Virus record (IMG/VR): IMGVR_UViG_3300037483_001813
Location: 1 to 27,750 of that record
DNA length: 27,750 nt
From: a virus
Taxonomy: Duplodnaviria > Caudoviricetes
Direction: 5' to 3' (one strand)
Shown: piece after piece, positions 21,697-27,750 of the stretch
Position numbering within the stretch: position 1 is the first letter of the stretch
Layout: the number at the start of each line of letters is the position of its first letter
Notes under the pieces: model-generated
The model's input: the letters and a program-made list of their open reading frames with translations, nothing else
The model's database searches: none
Told to the model about the DNA's origin: nothing
Made by a program: the position numbers and the translations under genes

Positions 21697-24609
21697 ATGC
21701 CAAGAGAAATTACATCCGGCGAATTAATAAATTTACGCAAAAACGAACGACGTTCCAAGTTGTTTCTGGCGTTCCATCCATATACGACTGTTTTCTCCTG
21801 CCGGGTAAACCAGACGTTCGCGGATTATGATGACGTTACCCAGGTAACCTATGATGGCGGGTCCGGGACGTACACGGATATTAAACCGGACATGACGGTT
21901 TGGGTTGGATCCTCAGCCGGTGCCTATGATCTGGGGCTGGCGCGGATCAGAAAGGCAGCCAGCGCGACAGTTTTGTACCTGGGCCGCGGGTCTGAGGTGC
22001 AGTGGGCTGATAATCTGTACATTACCGTGGTGGATGATTTTGATCTGTGGGCAAAACACTGGCTGGTGCAAAGCGATGTTGTTTACATGGATCAGGATAT
22101 AACCTACAGCGACCAGAATGCCGATAAAAACCCGGTAGCTGTTTTAGGTCCGGATGCCGTGGTTGAGCTGAGCGGAGCGAGTGTGACTCATCAACGGGAT
22201 GCCTCCGATTCCTGGGTGTTGGGATCAACAATCAGCGGATATGCCTGGGCAGTAAGCGGATCCGGTGCGAGCGTGGCCGATGAAACGACAGCCACACCCA
22301 CTTTCACATTTACCGAGGCGGGCGTCAAACGGATCAGCCTGGTTTTAACCGCGACCAACGCAAAAACAACGACCGTTTACCGCTATGTGCATGTTTTCTC
22401 AGCTGCGACATTGCCGGGAAATGAGTTTGCAGTAAGCCGCATTGCCGGTGACAGAGATTCCGGCGGCTGGGCATTCCAGGTGACGATGTACGGCGATGCC
22501 AATCTGAGCAGTGTGCGAGACAGGGCGAAGGTGATTCTATTTGCTCAGGACTGGTACGATGCGACAAAAGTTTCAATCGGTGAACTGGCCGGTTTTGAAA
22601 ATATTGTTTGTTGGGGATGGATCGATGGACAATCAATTACTCCAAATCCGGAAAGCGGTGGAACGGTTGTATTCACGGTGCGCGGCCCGGCGTTCTGGAT
22701 GCAGGAACTGGCGTCCTTCCCGGGTGGATTGAAATCAACATCCAGCGCACCAACCAGCTGGCTGTATGCACAATCCCTGACGGTAGACGTGGCGCTGTGG
22801 CATTTGCTGTACTGGCGCTCGACCGTGATGTCGATAATGGATGTTGGATTAACCGGAGATGCGCGAACCGCCAGTGCCTTGACTGCCAATTCTGATGGAT
22901 TCTGGGAGCAAATTGTAGAAATTTCCGGAAAAATATTGGCATCACCGGCTGTAAATCGATTAGGGAAGCTCTATATTGAAATCGATCCGCAGCTCGTGCC
23001 GGTCGCGGACCGCAGCGGGATCCCGGTGGTGATGGACATTACAAAAGTTGATTGGTCATCGGTTGCAATCGAGCGGGTCACCAGGACAGCCATCAACCGA
23101 ATGGAGACCAGCGCAGTTTCCAGCGGTGGGCTGCCGTTATTTTCGCGGTCGGTTGGAAAAATTGTCACACGGTTTGGACGGGGCGGATCGGCAAAGGACA
23201 ATCTGCTGGTCAGTGACCAGACAGAATTAAACACATTAACTGGACTTTTGTTTGCGAAGGAGGTCAACCAGTTCCCGAATGTTGATATCGACCTGGCACA
23301 AAATAACCGGATGATCGATATTGCCGGTCAGCAATATTTGACAATCAGCCTGGTTGCCACAGATACCCCCAGGGGCGTGGTCTGGACGGATAAAAAATTA
23401 ATCCCGCAGCGGGTTGAGCTGGTGTACGATGGCGATAACGGCGTGATCAGCACCAATCTGGAATGCGAGGCCGAGACATCCGGAAACCCAGGGGTGACAG
23501 TTATTATTCCTCCGATACCTGTGATCGGGACGGAGGGGATTGAGATCCCACCTTTTTCAGGATGGTGGCCTGCCATCATCCCGATCGGTACCCTCACACC
23601 GCCATACGTTCCGCCAGTTATCCCGCCTGAGGTAAACGAATGTCCAACAGATGCGCCAGCGAACGGTCCTTATGATCTGTATATCAACGGTGAAATTTCC
23701 GGGACAACCTATGTCAGCCGGTGCGGAACGCTGCGCTGTATTTGCCGGACAGAGGACCATGACAATAAAACCACCTACCAATTACAGGGGACATTCCAGA
23801 AACTGGTAGGTGAAACCTGGGTCGATACGCTGGATGACGGATTCTATGAGGTGGAGGCGAAAAACAGCGCCGGTACCGTCATAGCGATAGGAACACACGA
23901 CCCGGTCACCAATCCAAATGTGAGGACAGGCGTTCTAAACGCCGTTGCTGCCGCAGAGATTTACTCGATCTGTGTATCAGTAAACGATACGATTATTTTA
24001 CGTCCTGATAATGTGACGCTGAACCATATTGATACAGCCGCTTTTTCCGGGAACGAAACGTTTGACTGGCAGTTATACGGATCCGGAATACAGGCAAGGG
24101 CGCTAGATGTTTATTGCACAGGTTCTACCATCTGGACAGGCGGTGATAGATCGATGCATGTTGGTATTCAGGTATATAAACCTGATGGTTCGGCCTACTG
24201 GGATAGCGGAGATCGTTTTAAAATACTATCTCAGATCTGGTATTACAACGAGTGGGTGTCAGGTGGAGGAGCAGGACTTTACAACAACTATATGTTGTTT
24301 TCACAATTTAGAGGTTCATTAGCCGGAGAAACCACTATCTGGCAAGAAAATTTTTCTCCTGCCAGATATGTAAACGGTGGTTACCAATATTATTCCGGAT
24401 TGCATAGTGATATTTTTACAATTCCGGTATCCGCGAACCAAATTGCTAATTTTAGATCAAAAATGGATGTGCAAGTGAGTGGAGAAATGACTTCATACAA
24501 AACAGCTTTCGCTGAAATCCTTTTGAGGATCTGGCAAATGAGCCCGGATAGTTATCGGATAGGATTAAATCAAGCGGTACTGTGGAACGTATGCCCTCCG
24601 GAGACCTAA
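21697..24609 (+). CDS. Large tail tip / baseplate hub-like protein with a PKD/Ig-like domain
   Basis: SD AGGAG before ATG 21697. DASDS....ISGYAW...TPTFTFTEAG...ISLVLT is a PKD-like motif. Also a Pro-rich linker and an aromatic-rich C-terminal domain. Confidence 0.7.
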   Translation: MPREITSGELINLRKNERRSKLFLAFHPYTTVFSCRVNQTFADYDDVTQVTYDGGSGTYTDIKPDMTVWVGSSAGAYDLGLARIRKAASATVLYLGRGSEVQWADNLYITVVDDFDLWAKHWLVQSDVVYMDQDITYSDQNADKNPVAVLGPDAVVELSGASVTHQRDASDSWVLGSTISGYAWAVSGSGASVADETTATPTFTFTEAGVKRISLVLTATNAKTTTVYRYVHVFSAATLPGNEFAVSRIAGDRDSGGWAFQVTMYGDANLSSVRDRAKVILFAQDWYDATKVSIGELAGFENIVCWGWIDGQSITPNPESGGTVVFTVRGPAFWMQELASFPGGLKSTSSAPTSWLYAQSLTVDVALWHLLYWRSTVMSIMDVGLTGDARTASALTANSDGFWEQIVEISGKILASPAVNRLGKLYIEIDPQLVPVADRSGIPVVMDITKVDWSSVAIERVTRTAINRMETSAVSSGGLPLFSRSVGKIVTRFGRGGSAKDNLLVSDQTELNTLTGLLFAKEVNQFPNVDIDLAQNNRMIDIAGQQYLTISLVATDTPRGVVWTDKKLIPQRVELVYDGDNGVISTNLECEAETSGNPGVTVIIPPIPVIGTEGIEIPPFSGWWPAIIPIGTLTPPYVPPVIPPEVNECPTDAPANGPYDLYINGEISGTTYVSRCGTLRCICRTEDHDNKTTYQLQGTFQKLVGETWVDTLDDGFYEVEAKNSAGTVIAIGTHDPVTNPNVRTGVLNAVAAAEIYSICVSVNDTIILRPDNVTLNHIDTAAFSGNETFDWQLYGSGIQARALDVYCTGSTIWTGGDRSMHVGIQVYKPDGSAYWDSGDRFKILSQIWYYNEWVSGGGAGLYNNYMLFSQFRGSLAGETTIWQENFSPARYVNGGYQYYSGLHSDIFTIPVSANQIANFRSKMDVQVSGEMTSYKTAFAEILLRIWQMSPDSYRIGLNQAVLWNVCPPET

Positions 24610-26022
24610 ATGACAAAAATCAGACGTGAATTTTCTAAACGCCTCAATAAAAAAGAAAACAAAATTATTCCTTTACCCGCCATTATCGGCGATGGTGCAG
24701 GAAATCTTTTCGACGATGACGGAAATGTATATGTCAGGGTTAATGATCAGGTACAGACGATCAAATCGAGTAATGTTTCCCTGGCTTACGGGTTGCCGGT
24801 CTGGGTTGGGTATGAACCAACGCAACCAGGCACATTTAAAATTCTGAATGAAAAAATAACGGATGCCGATTCAATAACCAACTCAATACCATCGGCTCAT
24901 GCCAACACGCACGAATGGATGGGGCCAGGTTCCAACGGTGGATCCGATGTTGTCAAAGTCCAGCTGCCGCAGTTTATGCCGCTGCGGGTGATGCCGTACG
25001 GCGCTTTCTCTGTCATCGTGTGGCCGAATGTGATTCCTATTGCCAGTGGATATATCCTCATAGCAGACACAAACGATCTGGGTATGCCTGTCCCGAAAGT
25101 GCTGGATTTATCCACGTATGCAGCGGCTGTCAGTGCGGACAAAGCGGTGTATTTGCTGGTTACAATCGACACGGCGGGGGACATTGTTATCACGGTTGGC
25201 AGCGAGGTCGACACTGCCGATCTGGCCCTGAGCGATATTCCGGCTCAACCGGCCGATACGCTGTACAAATTGGCTGCCATCCGGCTTTATTACGGTCAAT
25301 CTGCCGTGCTGGTAAACCGGATAACAACAGATATTATCGATTTGCGTTTTCCGATGGCGCACACACATCCAGTAAGTGAATTAGGAGAAATTACATGGTA
25401 TGACGTAACCGGAAAACCTGCTGTTTTCACTCCGGATACGCATACGCATGTTGAAGCTGATATTACTGATTTGAGCCACAATGCGGCTTCAATTGATGGT
25501 GTTGCCGTTGATACTAATAGTATTACAGATGGCCAGGCATTATTATACAATTTGGCAAGTCAGAAATTGATACCAGGCGACGTTGGGAGTGGCACAAGTG
25601 ATAGTGGAATTACAGGTGATTGTTTCTGGTTTATGGATGGTGCGTTATCTGTAGTAATAAATGCGGGCGCTCAATTTATTATTGCCAGAACTGGAACTAT
25701 TTCAGCTGTTGGTTTGGCGTGTAAAGACTTAGGAAGCATTGGTAATACAGTAGTAGATGTTAATCTGAATGGGACAACTATATTTACTACACAAGACAAC
25801 AGGCCTTCTTTAGCCTATGATAATGCAGATGGAGTAATTATTAGTGTCACTCCCGACATTGTGGATATTGTTGAAGGCGATTTACTTTCTTTTGATATAG
25901 ATTCAGCAGCCACAGGGGCGGAGGGTTTATCTGTTTTAATTGCTATTGATTATGCTGGTGGCAGTGGATCTGGAGAAGTTCCGTCTGCTCTAAAAATAAT
26001 TTTAAGCAAAAACTTTATCTAG
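24610..26022 (+). CDS. Putative tail fiber / minor tail protein
   Basis: Follows the hub gene; HTHPVSEL and HTHVEADITDL fiber-type HxH motifs; DGQALLYN repeat-like motif. Confidence 0.7.
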   Translation: MTKIRREFSKRLNKKENKIIPLPAIIGDGAGNLFDDDGNVYVRVNDQVQTIKSSNVSLAYGLPVWVGYEPTQPGTFKILNEKITDADSITNSIPSAHANTHEWMGPGSNGGSDVVKVQLPQFMPLRVMPYGAFSVIVWPNVIPIASGYILIADTNDLGMPVPKVLDLSTYAAAVSADKAVYLLVTIDTAGDIVITVGSEVDTADLALSDIPAQPADTLYKLAAIRLYYGQSAVLVNRITTDIIDLRFPMAHTHPVSELGEITWYDVTGKPAVFTPDTHTHVEADITDLSHNAASIDGVAVDTNSITDGQALLYNLASQKLIPGDVGSGTSDSGITGDCFWFMDGALSVVINAGAQFIIARTGTISAVGLACKDLGSIGNTVVDVNLNGTTIFTTQDNRPSLAYDNADGVIISVTPDIVDIVEGDLLSFDIDSAATGAEGLSVLIAIDYAGGSGSGEVPSALKIILSKNFI

Positions 26023-26032
26023 GAGGAATTTT

Positions 26033-26428
26033 ATGGCCGCAAACATAAATCCAATTTTTACCCTGGCTCCCGTAATAGCCATTGCTCAAATTACAACAGC
26101 TAATACCAATTTAGATGGTACTGGTGATGTAGTAGATATTATTACAGGAGGACAGAACGGGACAAGAATCAGCAAAATAACAATAAAAGCTCTCGTAACT
26201 ACCACCGCCGGTATGGTACGTTTATTTATTCATGACGGAACCAGTATTCATCTATGGAAAGAGATATCCATCACTGCTGTTACAAAATCAGCCACAGTAT
26301 CAGCTTTTTCCATAGAAACAACGTTTCTAGGCGAACTGGCTATTGTTTTACCATACAACTATATTATCAAGGCTTCCACCGAAAAGTCAGAGACGTTTAA
26401 TATCATCATTGAAGGCGGAAATTACTAA
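26033..26428 (+). CDS. Hypothetical virion/tail-associated protein (131 aa, Thr/Ile-rich)
   Basis: SD AGGAGG; stop overlaps the next ATG. Confidence 0.75.
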   Translation: MAANINPIFTLAPVIAIAQITTANTNLDGTGDVVDIITGGQNGTRISKITIKALVTTTAGMVRLFIHDGTSIHLWKEISITAVTKSATVSAFSIETTFLGELAIVLPYNYIIKASTEKSETFNIIIEGGNY

Positions 26429-26898
26429 TGCCTGGTAATCATGGTTTTTTTGGATTTCCTTTCAAAACTGATGAATTCAGGTATATAAATATTGCCCGTC
26501 CTACGTATGGTACCTCTGGAGCTACTATTAGTAATTGGAGTGGAAATTTCACCGACGTAATTGACGCTAACGATGGTACTTATTGGGCTGGCGCTTCTAA
26601 TCCGGTAGCTGATGACTGGATTAAATTGTATCTAAGAAATCCTTACGGTATAGATAAAATTAGATTCTTTCAATATCCCTACAATGGAGCATGGGGAGCC
26701 ACTCAATTCAGAATTCAAATCTCAAATGACAATTCTACTTGGGTAACGATAAAAACCATTTATCCTGCGTCAGACGACCTCTGGATATACTTAGACGCAT
26801 TAACTTATTCAAAATATTGGAGATTTTATGCAGTAACAGGTGGTGCAAACAGTTGGAATATCTACACAATAGAGCTATGGGGATATTATTACGATTGA
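26428..26898 (+). CDS. Discoidin / F5-8 type C (CBM32-like) domain protein
   Basis: VIDAND.TYW, WIKLYL, FRIQISNDNSTW and KYWRF match the discoidin pattern. Confidence 0.75.
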   Translation: MPGNHGFFGFPFKTDEFRYINIARPTYGTSGATISNWSGNFTDVIDANDGTYWAGASNPVADDWIKLYLRNPYGIDKIRFFQYPYNGAWGATQFRIQISNDNSTWVTIKTIYPASDDLWIYLDALTYSKYWRFYAVTGGANSWNIYTIELWGYYYD

Positions 26899-27069
26899 AA
26901 AACAGGCGTCAATAGCGGGTTGAGATCCCGCATCGCTGTTTTCGATGTTACCACCAGGTCAGATATCGCATCGCTTTATCCGGCGATAGTTGCCGGTAAC
27001 CTGATTCCGGATCCCAACGCTAAAAATGGCGATGATGGCCACAATGTTTTTGTCCGGATGTATCGCTGT

Positions 27070-27750
27070 TTATGATGGTGTTTCCTGGATATCCTGCATG
27101 ACCGATAAAATCGCATAACGTTCCTGCGGGTCCATTGTTTTCAAGCGGTTGGACCAGCGCAGTTTTTTGCGTTTGATTCTTTCGCGCTGCCGGAAATCAT
27201 CACCTAGAAAACTGTAATCATGCAGCTGTACCGGTTCCGGGAAATTACACCAGACACACTCGGTGGCCGGTCCTGATCTGGTCTGGGCCGTGAACTGCAC
27301 CAGGCGCCAGTCGTGCAACAGATCGGCGTAGAGATCGGAGTAATATCCGGAAATGAGCACGTAGCATTCGAATGTATCTATAAAATTAAGCAATTCATAA
27401 TGCTCTTCCCTGGTGCAAAATTCATGTTTGTAAATTTTTTTCTGGCTGGAACGTGTTTCCATCAGGTAGGGAGGATCGAGATAGATCAGGGTGTTTTCGG
27501 TTGGACAGATGCCGATGAAAAAATCCTTAAAATCGCCGTGCACCAATTCCAGGGCCGGGATTTTTGCATCAAACATATTGATCGCATCGATATCTGCATC
27601 AATGCCGATGTTGGCCAGAGGGGCTGGGCGTTTGTTGCGCATGATGGCACCGCTGCCAAGGAAGCCCTCGATATAGATTTCGTGGGGAGGCATCAGATTA
27701 ATAATTTTTTGATAAACGCCTGATCCATTTTTGCTGCCAGGATAATTCAT
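27070..27750 (-). CDS. DNA adenine methyltransferase (D12/Dam-like family)
   Basis: YPGSK, YIEGFLGSGA (SAM-binding), IYLDPPY (motif IV), LISGY and TECVWCNF. The start codon is at the window edge. Confidence 0.9.
   Translation of the reverse strand: MNYPGSKNGSGVYQKIINLMPPHEIYIEGFLGSGAIMRNKRPAPLANIGIDADIDAINMFDAKIPALELVHGDFKDFFIGICPTENTLIYLDPPYLMETRSSQKKIYKHEFCTREEHYELLNFIDTFECYVLISGYYSDLYADLLHDWRLVQFTAQTRSGPATECVWCNFPEPVQLHDYSFLGDDFRQRERIKRKKLRWSNRLKTMDPQERYAILSVMQDIQETPS

Larger units (their letters stand above)
1..27750. mobile_element. Phage/prophage late region (siphovirus-like morphogenesis module)
   Basis: Colinear lysis, terminase, portal, capsid, neck, tail tube, chaperone, tape measure and tail tip genes with overlapping start/stop codons. 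No sheath gene was recognised. No integrase or att site is visible, so prophage vs free phage cannot be decided. Confidence 0.95.

Noticed and set aside
21697-26898. Second VR in other tail genes
   Set aside because: The 3' ends of 21697-24609, 24610-26022, 26033-26428 and 26428-26898 show no TR-like sequence by eye. Targets outside the window cannot be excluded.
26925-27080. CRISPR array or integron attC sites
   Set aside because: Repeats are too short and degenerate; no cas or integrase gene is present.
272-27723. Numerous minus-strand and alternate-frame ORFs in the track (e.g. 4456-4932, 9885-10391, 16381-17010, 27313-27723)
   Set aside because: They are shadows of well-supported genes, with no SD or recognisable motifs.
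27070-27750. Restriction-modification system
   Set aside because: No endonuclease gene lies downstream in the window; orphan phage methyltransferases are common. Upstream context is outside the window.

Overview
The window is the late region of a tailed dsDNA (siphovirus-like) phage or prophage, almost all on the + strand. It opens with small accessory genes, including a 5'-truncated DUF5131/Gp37-Gp68 protein. Next come a promoter-leader-gene-terminator unit, a lysis cassette (two membrane proteins and a TIM-barrel/SH3b endolysin) and the two terminase subunits. The head genes include a portal-MuF fusion and a protease-major capsid fusion, followed by neck and tail genes (with a -1 frameshift tail chaperone), tape measure, tail tip/fiber genes and a convergent Dam-family methyltransferase. 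The clearest special system is a diversity-generating retroelement (DGR) inside the tail module. Target gene 18141-19514 ends in a 108-bp VR (19389-19496) that differs from the TR (19610-19717) at 12 positions, all TR adenines. A GC hairpin and a DGR-type reverse transcriptase (19843-20913) follow, but no avd gene is recognisable. A second, less obvious system is the 2300-2464 leader. Its segment 2399-2412 sits in the loop of a 17-bp stem and is perfectly complementary both to the transcript 5' end and to the ribosome-binding site of the next gene, an architecture like P1 C4 / P4 CI antisense RNAs. Also notable are an apparently permuted MuF Cys/His motif order and an in-frame internal start in the capsid fusion. 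All product calls come from motif recognition and gene order; no database searches were run.
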